Positions 11,621 through 64,000 of a DNA stretch of 64,000 bases are shown piece by piece. The stretch spans positions 72,742,413-72,806,412 of the forward strand of contig NC_068988.1 of the NCBI RefSeq assembly GCF_001194135.2, in the 5' to 3' direction. How positions within the stretch are numbered: position 1 is the first letter of the stretch; each line of letters opens with the position of its first letter. The position numbers and the translations under genes are program-made. The DNA comes from Octopus bimaculoides (lineage: Eukaryota). The notes below the pieces were generated by a model. That model searched no databases, was not told the origin of the DNA, and was given only the letters and a program-made list of their open reading frames with translations.

Positions 11621-13757
11621 TGTATCTCATACAGACTACACTATAGGTTCTACTTCATCCAACAAGGATGACACTACTGAACTTGTTAGATATAGAACTT
11701 GTTATATGACACAAATATCAGAATCATATTTCAATACATTTAGCTTTTCGGGGTAATGATTTTTTATCATGAGTTGTTTGGATTCAAAGTTAGGTTTCAT
11801 TTTTGCAACCCTGTCTCTGACTGAAGCATGAAACAAAAACTTCATCTTCTCTATACACATCACATCCCTATTCTTATTGTATTGTGACATATACTGTACA
11901 TTTGACAGACATACACCATAGATTAATGTTGTTGTTGATAGTGACAGTGGTTGTGTGTTTTTTGTATGGGTAATGTAAGTTATGGTAATAAACGTAGTGG
12001 GGGTTGTGTTGGTGATGTAATTTGATCTCAAGTTAATCCTCATTGAGCCAAGATTTGAAGTGCCTCTAATTAAAGGTATTTCAGCCATATTTTAAGATAC
12101 ATCTATGTCTACATTATCTCATACTTGCATTGATATATACACACAACATACACATATGTATGTATGTATTTATCAACTGACAAAAGTGAAACTGATGTAC
12201 TGATCTCCAATATTGCAGCATATTAATGTTTTGGCTTTTTTCATGTAGTGTTTCGCTTGATTATTATACATTGATACATTTGGGCTAGTATCCTCATCTT
12301 AGTTGTTATAGTCACAAGGTTAAGATGCATTTTGTATTTGGTGTTCTCAGAATTTTGAACTGAACCCCTTTATTAAATATCTATGATGGTAAATTGTTCT
12401 CATTTTGTTGACCATATTAGGAATGCTCTCTTCTTCATTATTAGTCAAGTGATATTGCTTGCTTATTCTGCTTGAACCAGAGTTTATATTGTTTTTGATT
12501 GAAACTTTATTTTAATGTTCTTTCTCAGACTCCCATATTCTTTTCAGCTTTATACTAGGCTAACTGAAGAAGTTATCAAAGCCCAGTGTACTTAGTGATT
12601 CTTTTAGTTGTCTTCCTTTATTCCTTATCTGTTATTTTGATTTTGCTCCACAAGAGTTGGTGTCTTCTCTTTATTTTTCCTTTCTTCCACAAATGATCAA
12701 CCATACCTAGTTTTTCAGTTTCCTCAGGTATTGTCATTACCTTCAATACAGTTCACAACTGAAGAGAGAAAGGATACTAAACTAGCCTTCTTGGATGAAC
12801 TAATAACTCATACAGAGTGAGGATACACAACAGTTGTATATCAGAAGCCTACACAAATTTGCCACATAATGCTTGAACTTTTATTTTTGAAAGGTGGTGT
12901 CTACAGTCTGCATCAGTCCCATGCAGCTGTGAAGGTGAATATAAAGGTGAGACCAGCCATCTCCCAATAGAATTAAGGTTAAAGGGACAGGAAAGTCAGG
13001 CATGGTTGCTTTTTTTAATTTTATTTATATATACAATATACATGCTAATGAAAAACTCTTGAGTTTGCCAGCAATGGAGTTTTGTTGCGTGGGTTTTTTT
13101 TTTTCCTTTTCCTGGTTATTTTGCATACTTTCAACGAATGTGACATCAAAATCATGTCTAAACGGCTCCTTTCCCCTCAAAAGGAAAGATTTGGCTGCTA
13201 TTTCTTGCACGCCTTGCTACCATGTAAGAGGTATTTTAGGTCCTTTATCACAAATAGCTGTGGTAGTAGGGTGTGCTAGAAATAACCAAATCTTTGGAGG
13301 TTAGATACATTGAATGCACTTGAAAATACCTATGGAAGTCATTTTCATTGTAAAAAAAATTTGTAATGGTATTCCTTGAAAATAATTTTAAAAAACATTA
13401 AAATATTGTCTTTTTAAAGAAAGCTAAAATATAAATACTTACTGTGCAAACAACTTACATTTTTGAAATCACATTCACTTAAAAATTTCTAAATGATTAG
13501 AATATTGTGTTTAACAAAAGAGAAAATAGAAACATTCTTTCTTCTATAATAAATACTCTTGTGTTTTTCTGTTACACCATATGAATGAGAAAGGAAAGAG
13601 TGATGGCAAAATGTGAATGTTTGTATGTGTGAGTGAGCATTCAACGCTGAAAAGAAAAATCAAATAATGTTTCAACTCTGAGTATGTGTGTGCATGTACA
13701 AGGAAGTTTGTGAATGTTTGTATGTGCGATTATTATGTACCTTATTTATATATAAAA

Positions 13758-15127
13758 CTAGCAGAAATACCCGGCGTTGCCCGGGTTAAAGAGAATAACG
13801 AAATCTAAAAACGCCGTCTAGACTACGCATCATCTTTATATATAAAGATGTATATACACACACGCACCCAAACAAACGTATATATATATATATCAATATA
13901 AATATATGAAAGTCAATGAAGTTTTGTAAAAGAAGGTGATCATGTACATACTTTCTTGCTGTTGTGATTATAACACCTCATTGTAAACTATGTTCCTTTT
14001 TCCCTTGTGGAGCATATACAAATAGGTTTTTTGTTGCTGCCCACTCTTGAGCAGCCAACATACAGTTGTCCATGTGAGAAGCAGGGCTCTTCCAAGAGAA
14101 GNNNNNNNNNNNNNNNNNNNNNNNNNNNNNNNNNNNNNNNNNNNNNNNNNNNNNNNNNNNNNNNNNNNNNNNNNNNNNNNNNNNNNNNNNNNNNNNNNNN
14201 NNNNNNNNNNNNNNNNNNNNNNNNNNNNNNNNNNNNNNNNNNNNNNNNNNNNNNNNNNNNNNNNNNNNNNNNNNNNNNNNNNNNNNNNNNNNNNNNNNNN
14301 NNNNNNNNNNNNNNNNNNNNNNNNNNNNNNNNNNNNNNNNNNNNNNNNNNNNNNNNNNNNNNNNNNNNNNNNNNNNNNNNNNNNNNNNNNNNNNNNNNNN
14401 NNNNNNNNNNNNNNNNNNNNNNNNNNNNNNNNNNNNNNNNNNNNNNNNNNNNNNNNNNNNNNNNNNNNNNNNNNNNNNNNNNNNNNNNNNNNNNNNNNNN
14501 NNNNNNNNNNNNNNNNNNNNNNNNNNNNNNNNNNNNNNNNNNNNNNNNNNNNNNNNNNNNNNNNNNNNNNNNNNNNNNNNNNNNNNNNNNNNNNNNNNNN
14601 NNNNNNNNNNNNNNNNNNNNNNNNNNNNNNNNNNNNNNNNNNNNNNNNNNNNNNNNNNNNNNNNNNNNNNNNNNNNNNNNNNNNNNNNNNNNNNNNNNNN
14701 NNNNNNNNNNNNNNNNNNNNNNNNNNNNNNNNNNNNNNNNNNNNNNNNNNNNNNNNNNNNNNNNNNNNNNNNNNNNNNNNNNNNNNNNNATACATATACA
14801 TGTCTCTCTCTCTCTGTGAAAGTATCTGTCACTACAGTATCGAAATGTGATTGTTTCAGTTAGTGGAATAGTTTCATTTTTAAAGTGAAAGTATTTGACA
14901 TGAGTGTTTTTGTTTCACTTTTGACACGTAATACTTAAATAGTGGAGGAGATATTATGTTGCCGTGTGCTCGAACTCTGCAAGAAGTTAATAATTTTTTT
15001 TTACTAAAACACAACTGGAACCCTAAGTAAGGCATGTGTAAAATTTGAATGAAATTGGTTGCGTAGTTCTCGAGTTTTAGGGATTCACACAGACAGACAC
15101 ACACATTCTCATTTTTATATATATAGA
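13758..15127 (-). mobile_element. Non-autonomous Helitron (spans an assembly gap)
   Basis: Minus strand begins A|TCTATATATATAAAAATGAGAATG (15127) and ends CCCGGGCAACGCCGGG hairpin + TATTTCTG-CTAG|T (13758); inserted between A and T. Confidence 0.8.
14102..14789. other. Assembly gap
   Basis: 688 N. Confidence 1.
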
Positions 15128-17149
15128 TACTACAATTAGCCGTCATTTTTGACTAGTTTTAACAAAAAAATTTTTTTTTTTTATTAAGTCACTGTCTAAT
15201 TGAAAGATAAGAGTTCCTTCCCTTTCAGGATAAAGATTATTTTCGGAGACTTTTTCCATTATGCACCATTTTTGGATATATATACCCCAAAAACACCTAA
15301 TATCTCCACAACCACTTATCTGATTTATGCGAAATTTATTTCATTCCATCTGTATTTCCATTTCAGTGGGGACTTAATTCATAGTATTTTCCTAGTATGC
15401 GCCAGTTTGGCTGAGTAACATTGCAAGCAAGCAAGGTTCAATTTGACTTTTAATAGTACATATATATAAGAGAGAAAGAGAATGACAAGAAGGGACCAAG
15501 GCTTCTGGCAGTTTGCTGTGCTTGAGAAGATACATCTAGCTAGGTAAAATTAAGGCTGTCGTTGCATACAGGCTGTCCCTTCACCCCTCTTCAGCCAAGT
15601 GATCCTAATCTTGTGGACTCATAGGTGCTGGTGCCATGTAAAGAGCACCTGTGCCATGTAAAAACACCCAGTACACTCTGTAAAGTGGTAGACATTTAGG
15701 AAGGGCATCCGCCATAGAAATCATGCCAAAACACATGGAGTCCAGGCAACTCTTTTGCTTGCCAGCTTCTTGTCAAACTGTCCAACCTATGCCAGCATGG
15801 AAATCATTAAATGATGAGGATGACTGGAAGCTGAGATTACCAAAAGAATTGGCAATTTAACTTTCTCAGTACGCTGAGTATAGAACTCCTTTAATTAAAA
15901 TGGCTAAGCCTCCTAATTTTAAGTACCTAATTGTTTTACAGAACAACGTAATAGTGAATATGTGTTGTGGTTTTCAGTTCAATCCCTGGGTCAATAGGAC
16001 AAAGCAGCCAGTTATCAAGCACTTTCCACTTGTGGTCATCCTCTTACGTATTCAAGAACATGTGTGAATTAAGGGAGATTTGACAGCTAATTCTTGCTGG
16101 TTATGTGACCACTTAGAGGTTGACTCATAGACAGTAATCATAAAGGTGACCCATTCAACTAACGCTTGCTTGGTTGGATGGGTTATCAGTATCTGCATCG
16201 GCTTGCATACATGGTACCAGAGAAAGCCTGCTAACTTTGTTATTTATTCTTTATTGTGCCATCAGCACTAGAGATTGTTCCATAAAACAGGCAGGATTAA
16301 TGAGTGCCCCCTACCCTGTATCAGTGTTTATTTGGAGTTATTATTCCTAGATTAGTACTTTTCAATGCAAGGTTCTGGATATCGGTTGAATATCATCTTT
16401 CTCCCATTAATTTCTTATTCTTCGTGTTGCTAAGACTCCAGCAGTTGAGTAAAGAAGTATTAGGCAAAACGCAGGTTCTCCATTAGGTTTTATTTACAAT
16501 ATATACACAGGTGTGGTATGTTGCTCTTTTGCAGTCATCTCATGCGGTATAAATTCATTGTTCTCCATTACGCGGGCCATTGCCTCAGGAGACGCAACAA
16601 GCGGACTAGCCTAGAGGACAAGCCAGTGAAGTGTGCTCTGCTAGCAGTCGCAGTGAGAAAAGTGAGAACGAACCTCGAGGTTTCTTTCCTTTTATAGTTT
16701 TGCCATCGCAAGCCTTGTTGTGAGCTCGCACATGGCAAATGGATGCAGGTGAGGTCTCACTCCAGTCTCGGAGATGGCAATGGCTGTCGCGAGATCTCAT
16801 TCAATATGGCACTGACTGCTTGTGCCACTACACAGCCTAGGAAGTCTATTTCTTGTACATTTCATTTTTAGCACGTGTGGTACTGTTGTGTGTCTTTTGT
16901 ATCAGCAACTGCTTTACAGAGTACAAGGTGCAATTTTTTTGCATGCCACTAGTATTAGTGTTATAGAGACAGGCAGTAAGCTGAACATTTAGACAGGTAG
17001 AAATGTGTGACAAATAGAAAGATAGGAAGGAATAATAAACAGATTGATAAAATGACTAGAGTTTAATAAAATCAGATTTAATTTTGAAAACTCCTGCCTC
17101 TCACAATATAGAAACATTTCTCATGGCCCTAGCAGCCAAAGTGGAAAAG

Positions 17150-17470
17150 ATGTTGCCCTGGAGGATGGCAAGGGAGAGACACTGGAACAGCCACTCACTC
17201 ACGGGGCTCACACTTGCAGACAGCTATCTCTGCCCTGATAGCAGTGAGTAGGGATATGGTCCAATGTCCAAGAATGTCAGAGGTCTCCACTGCCACAGGC
17301 TTGATAATAAACCTGCTGGAGAGCAACTGATACCTTGACATTTTGCTTTTCTTAGCCAGATGAGCAGTGAAGCATGTAGCATCCCAGATGAGGAGCCTAC
17401 TGCCATGGAATGGGAAAATTATCATACAGTCTAACCTTTTACGATCCCCGCAGTCTAGCCCTGCTGGCTC
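17150..17470 (-). mobile_element. CRE-clade-like non-LTR retrotransposon RLE remnant
   Basis: DRKRLDCMIIFPFHGSRLLIWDATC...AKKSKMSRYQLLSSRFIIKPVAVETS..LG...CEPRE matches RPDG..PW..G..L.WD.T...K..KY.....F.PvAvET.G. Confidence 0.75.
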
Positions 17471-18285
17471 GAGCTGAGGAGGGAAGCCTGTGACATCTAG
17501 CCATGCTTTATGATCTTGTTAAGAGTGGCATGGCATGGAAGGCAGCCAGCATGACTCTTGAGAGCAGGACATAAGACTCTTCTACTCTGTAGACATCACA
17601 AAAAGAAAATTGACTGGTATTTGTATGGTGATAAAATCTCTTGTGTTTTTTTTTCAACAATACAGCTAATTGCAACTCCTGTGATTTTTCAGTCAATGTT
17701 TTGCTACATTGACAACAGATTTGGTGCTGGCTGAGTGCCACCCAGTGCACCCTGTAAAGTGATTGGTATTAGAAAATGTATCCAAAGCTGACATTGGAGC
17801 TCAGTGCTACCCTGTAGCTCGCCAAATCCTATGAAACTATCCAACACATACCAGCATAGAAAACATGATAAATGATGATGACGACGACGACAACGATGTG
17901 TATATGCATATAGGCATATATGCAGGCAGGGCTGAAATTTTCTTCCTAATCACTTTCAGGTTTAGTCTCAGTGGGTAACATCTCGAGTAAGTGTCCTCTA
18001 GATGTAAGCTAACTAAAGTCTGTTTTGTTTATGGGAGTGATTTCATATTGCCCTTGTGCTGCCAGTTGTGTCATTTGCTCATAATCCACTACAAAAGCAT
18101 ATCCTAGCTTCTTGACATTTGTGAGCTTTGTAAACAAAAGGCTCATTTCAGTGTCATTTATTTCCAATTTTCCATGTAGCTATGTCCTGGCTGTTTTTTG
18201 TTTGATAAACTTGGAGATTATTACTTCACTTGGAAACAGGTGGGGTTGAGAACAAAAAGAGCACCTGACCATAGAAAATTCTATT

Positions 18286-18660
18286 AATGTGGCTGTGTGG
18301 TAAGTAGTTTGCTTACAAACCACATGGTTCCGTGTTCAGTCCCACTGCGTGGCACCTTGGGGCTGACCAAAGCCTTGGGAGTGGATTTGGTAGACAGAAA
18401 CTGAAAGAAGCCTGTCGTATATATGTGTGTGTATATATATGTATATGTTTGTATGTCTGTGTTTGTCCCCCCCTCCCCAACATCGCTTAACAACCGATGC
18501 TGGTGTGTTTACATCCCCGTAGCTTAGCAGTTCGGCAAAAGAGACCAATAGAATAAGTACTAGGCTTACAAAGAATAAGTCCCGGGGTCGATTAGCTCGA
18601 CTAAAGGCAGTGCTCCAGCATGGCCACAGCCAAATGACTGAAACAAGTAAAAGAGTAAAA
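18286..18660 (+). mobile_element. tRNA-derived SINE family 1
   Basis: A box tggctgtgtgg, B box gttcagtccc, internal (TA/TG)n, tail gaaacaagtaaaagagtaaaa; internal deletion of about 25 nt relative to the 49349 copy. Confidence 0.88.
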
Positions 18661-19342
18661 TCTTTTAAAGCATGAAATTTGTTGTAATTTTAGCCAATCA
18701 AATCCATCTATTGTCAATGTGCTTTTGCAATAGTATAAAACATGGCATGTATTTTTGTTTTCAAGTGGTACATGGCAAAAAAAAATTCTTTTTGAGAAAT
18801 TAATAAAAACAATACAAAACTTTTAAAGATAAAGATACTTAATGAAAGAAAACAACAAATTAACATTTACAATGAAATTTTGTGATACCCTGTAAAACCC
18901 TAACCCTACCATGGTGGTATCAGCTAGTTGCTAAGGAACATATACAAAAAACAAACTATAGATTTCTACAATGGCAAGAATCAGTGGATCTTTCTCTCTC
19001 ATTTTTTCCTCTTTTTTTCCATGCATTATAATACTGGAAAAATATCAATGCTTTTTATACAAGATATTTTGTTATAGGATTTCACTGGCTATAATTAGTG
19101 GTGTGTTATACACAAATGCCTATGATATATAGATAAATATGATTAATTAAAGTAGGGAAAATATTGGTTTGAGATGTTAATCATAATAGTTAGTGACTGT
19201 TATTTTTTATTTTTCTTTACTTGATTGACTTTGTATAATGTTCAAATTTATCAATTTTATGCTCATTAATTTTTTAAAATTCTCTTTCAGGTTTTAGCTT
19301 TTTTTTTTTTTCCCTGTCTTTTACAAATTGATTCTACAAAAT

Positions 19343-60413
<41,071 letters not shown>

Positions 60414-60437
60414 ATTTTGATGGGAAGAATATAAAAA

Positions 60438-60452
60438 AATAAATTAAATAAA
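60438..60452 (+). terminator. Candidate poly(A) signals of INCENP
   Basis: Two AATAAA at 60438-60443 and 60447-60452; more lie further downstream, so the site actually used is unknown. Confidence 0.3.
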
Positions 60453-61249
60453 GCAAAGGGGACATCACCTGAGACTTTTCTGTATAGTTTATCTTTCGTT
60501 TCTACATTGGTTTGTTTTTCGTTTTTACATGCTTGGGTCTAGAACTAGTAATATTTTAGATGTATAGCTGGGATAACTTATTTAGAATGTGGAATAAGGG
60601 AGTTGACTATTTTTCTTAACAATTACACTCTCTTATAATTCATACATTATGCTTCTTAACTGGATTTATTTTATTACACAATAAACATCCATTTGTAAAT
60701 GAATATATATATTCTGACTTCATTCCTCATGCTAACATTCTTACATACATATCCACACAATTAGCATGCGTGTAAACTTGTACAACATCCAGAAATAAAA
60801 TATTAAAATGTTTTCTTTTTTATGTTTATTATTCAAAGTTTTGTTATACTTATTTTGATGAAAGTATAATTGCATAAATTTGTTGATCAAGAAATACTAA
60901 TATTTTTTAAAACATTTACTTATTATATAAAAAGAAATTTTGTTTTGATATAAACACAGAAGTATTTAATGAGGTATTCTTAAGAACTCATCTTTGCTAG
61001 AATTATTAGAGATCCATTAATTGAGCTGCTAAGAGTATTGATAATATTAGGCAAAATTTATTCCCTCAATGTATATACCAGTAGTTACCAGTCCCATTTT
61101 ACAAATGAATCTGCACAATAATCCAATCTGTGCTACTAAGCATAAACAATAGTATTAAATAGCAACATGTATTATGTTTTTGTGCCTATGAAACACATAT
61201 GTCTACAACACATATCACTGTCACCTGTGCCTTTTCCACTTGTGCTTCA

Positions 61250-61460
61250 TTTCATTCCTTTCCTTCTTTCCTTAATCTTCTATGCTGTTTGTAGGACCAA
61301 AGTTGAGAGTAGATCTATTATTTGTCTGTCATACATTTCTCCCAGTATAGTCAAGGATGCCCCTGCATTAACATCCATTTGTGTTGTTTGCTGGTTCAAG
61401 ACCAGTCTTGTATATTTTACTGGTACAGGAACCAACTACCTTGCATTCCTCCTGCCACCA
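61250..61460 (-). mobile_element. Possible gypsy aspartic protease remnant
   Basis: Minus strand RLVLNQQTTQMDVNAGASLTIL resembles v.vng...mevDTGAs.sii with a decayed DTG. Confidence 0.3.
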
Positions 61461-61585
61461 CTCCCTAAAACTTCTTCAGCTCTCCAGTCTATCTCAAAGC
61501 CTATATACAGGTGGCTGCATTACATACACTTTACTATCACTTCCCTCTTTTTTACTATTTGTCTACATTTTTACTCTGTCATCAT

Positions 61586-61830
61586 AGGCACAAGTGTGGC
61601 TGTGGTAAGAAATTTGCTTCCCAACCACATAGTTCTGAGTTGAGTCTCAATTCATGGCACATTAGGCAAGCATCATCTACTACAGTCTCAGGCCAACCAA
61701 AGCCTTGTGGAGTAGATTTCTTCTGTCTTTACATTCTGAGTTCAAATAAGTACCAGTTGCATACTGGGGTCAATCTAATCGACTGGCCTTCTCCCCAAAA
61801 ATTTTGAACCTTGTACCTAGACTAGAGAAG
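61586..61830 (+). mobile_element. Chimeric SINE (family 1 head fused to family 2 core)
   Basis: 61586-61717 matches the family 1 head; from 61718 it matches family 2 tctttac.ttctgagttcaaat / aagtaccagttg..actggggtc.at.taatcgact. Confidence 0.7.
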
Positions 61831-62604
61831 AACATGTACTCTGTTAAAAAGTATAGAGTAATCCTCCAGTTTAATGTTAAACTGTTTATATATAACTTGA
61901 CAAACACTAACATGAAGATATATTATTATATACATTTTTACATCCATTTTTCCGTGATAAAATGGTTTAAACAAACATACAATTGAAACATTGTTTTTAC
62001 AGCTGGATGGCCTTCTTGTTGCTAGCTCTCAGCTGTTTTACAAGAAAAGAACTGATCTGAGGATGCAGTTCTTAGTGACATTTTTGGTCTGAATGTTTCG
62101 AAATGATTGTGGTTGGAACTGAGACTAAAGTTTATTTTGACAACTACCTGCATCACTTGCACATCTCGTATTTCTGTTCAGTTCTGCAACCCGTGGTGAT
62201 GTAAAGTCTGCTGTTTTATGATCTTTATAGTTTGTGGAAAGCTAGAGGACCTTGGAAATATTACAATAACCAGACACCTCCCACTGATTTCCAGAGGAAT
62301 GAAATGATGTGATAATGAGTGTTCTAGTGCCCATGACTGCTGATTCTTATCTGCTGTGATCTATGTGTGTGCTTTTATGCCCCAAGCACCTATATGAGGG
62401 GATCTCTCAAGGCTAATAATGCAGTATTTATTCTAACAATACATCCATGTTAAGTTGAATGTAAAGATTACCTTTTGGTAATCGCTAATAATTAATCATG
62501 TATATTATGTATTTCTACTGTATTTATGAGTGCCTTTGTTTATTATGTCTCGAGTACTGTAAATGTTGTAGCTCCTAGTATTGTTTTCTGTATGGTTATT
62601 TTTG

Positions 62605-62721
62605 TCACTGAATGTAATAGTTGATGTAATAGTGCTCAAAAGAAAGAAAACAGTGGGTAGGTGCTACTTTAAGTTTGTTGTTTTGGATTAAGGTTCCTTG
62701 GTACCATAGGTGAAGCTGTAT
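62605..62721 (-). CDS. Putative terminal exon of the convergent gene
   Basis: 91-nt GT-AG intron (62812-62722), acceptor ctctcattattcag|ATACAGC; ends IQLHLWYQG...YYIQ* or YTASPMVPRNLNPKQQT* depending on phase. Confidence 0.3.
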   Translation of the reverse strand: MQLHLWYQGTLIQNNKLKVAPTHCFLSFEHYYINYYIQ

Positions 62722-62812
62722 CTGAATAATGAGAGGATGAAATGGTGGTGTTAGTTGTGTATATATATATATATATATATACTTTAGAAATGTGGATAAT
62801 AGATTAACATAC

Positions 62813-62901
62813 AGTGGCAGTAAGCTTTTGGTGTATTGAATATGACTGAGCATAATTTACTGAGTCCTTTACACATGACATTCCAAGTTGTTGTCCATAA
62901 C
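62813..62901 (-). CDS. Putative exon of an unidentified convergent gene
   Basis: Minus strand tttttctctctccag|GTTATGG...GCCACT|gtatgt, 89 nt; two frames open (GYGQQLGMSCVKDSVNYAQSYSIHQKLTAT or LWTTTWNVMCKGLSKLCSVIFNTPKAYCH). Confidence 0.4.
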
Positions 62902-62999
62902 CTGGAGAGAGAAAAATGGACTTGCAACACAAAGACAGCTAACAGTCAGTTCAACCAGTTATGGATTAACCCTTTAGCATTTAAACTGGGCATATCTGG

Positions 63000-63650
63000 C
63001 TAAAGATTATCAGATAGGGTTGCTTTCGTGTGTGGCAGGTGCACAGGAACAGTAAGTAGTAGGAGCACAAGGGACTTAAACTCTTTCAAATGCCCAGGAG
63101 GCTCTCTTGAGGTAGTAGATAGTTTCTGCTATTTAGGTGACAAAATTAGTAATGGTGGTGGATGCTCTGAAAGTATTGTTTCAAGAATAATGATAGGGTG
63201 GAGGGGAAGTTCAGAGAACTACTACCTCTGATGTTAGCAAAAGTACTCTCCCTGAGTGAAAGGTAGGTTGTGTGAGAACAGCTATGTTACATGGGGTCTG
63301 ACTGCGGAGGACATGTGTAGGCTGGAGAGGAATGAAGGTATGCTTCACTGGATTTACAACATCAGTGTGCATGACTGACAAAGTACAACTGTGTTGAGAG
63401 AAATGTTGAGCAGCATAAGAGGGATTAAATGTGGTATGCAGGAGAGGAGACTGCATTGGTTTGGACATGTGAGTGAAGACAGCTGTATACAGAAATGCCT
63501 GTGGCTGAAAATGGATGGTACCTATGGAAGAGGAAGACATGGGATGAAGTGAGGACTGATCTTAGGATGCTGGGGTTCATGGAGGAAATGGCAGTAGACT
63601 GAGATGTTTAGCAATATGAGGTCCTAGGGAAGACCCATCCACAAAACTGT
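63000..63650 (+). mobile_element. RTE-clade LINE ORF remnant
   Basis: CGRC..., LEVVDSFCYLGD...GG...RI..GW and downstream RRLHWFGH motifs. Confidence 0.85.
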
Positions 63651-64000
63651 GCTAGAAGAGTTGTGTCCCACCCACATGTAACAACATACTTTTCGCCCAC
63701 TCTACCCTAAGAAATCAAACTAGCACTCCTCTTCTAATTGCTTCTTTCTCTTCCTCATATATTATGATTGTTTCCCAATCTTCTTTGTTGCCCTCACTGT
63801 ACCACAGTGGCTCAATGTATCACTGCTCTCCACACCCACCACCACTCACTACCTATTTTTCTAACCAGGTTCTACATTCATATTCTTGTTGCTTGTGAGT
63901 ATACCCTAGCACTAGACCATCTCTCTTACACTTTTGCTGTTTCCTACTCTCTCTCTCTCCTCTTCTTTTTCCTCTGACTAAGTAACCAAGTATCACCTTT

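Noticed and set aside
13968-14850. Four long ORFs in the ORF track
   Set aside because: Artefacts of translating through the N gap
16200-16900. GC-richer segment with an EIDFLG motif on the minus strand (possible LTR/DIRS RT)
   Set aside because: A single short motif is not enough to assign a family
62190-62345. C/D-box snoRNA-like motifs (GTGATGT/ATGATGT ... CTGA)
   Set aside because: Imperfect C boxes, no terminal stem, and the region is not in a supported intron

Overview
AT-rich, repeat-dense animal genomic DNA. The SINE, RTE-LINE and microsatellite landscape suggests an octopod cephalopod (inference; no database search was possible). There are two assembly gaps (14102-14789 and 52599-52617). 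The window is dominated by one plus-strand gene, INCENP (inner centromere protein, the chromosomal passenger complex scaffold). I reconstructed it by hand as 17 coding exons (19343-60413), all GT-AG and phase-consistent, giving 2739 nt / 912 aa. It has an N-terminal WLDEI/LPKTPS CEN-box, an ER/K single-alpha-helix region and a C-terminal IN-box. Possible exons of a divergent minus-strand gene (ATG at 5513, acceptor at 30) and of a convergent minus-strand gene (62605-62901) flank it. The introns and upstream region hold a full-length decayed Ty3/gypsy LTR element with a 5-bp TSD. They also hold Tc1, mariner, hAT/Buster, piggyBac, Academ-like and Helitron remnants, RTE, CR1-like and RLE-type LINE fragments, several tRNA-SINE families and MITEs. 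The main observations: (1) the gypsy element has no tRNA primer-binding site, and in its place is an 18-nt complement of its own LTR, the geometry of Tf1-type self-priming; (2) a tRNA-headed short element carries a Penelope-type hammerhead ribozyme core and sits in a long inverted repeat; (3) INCENP has a frame-essential 16-nt microexon and a 12-aa tandem repeat forming an SQ cluster. No prokaryotic features (CRISPR arrays, operons) are present.
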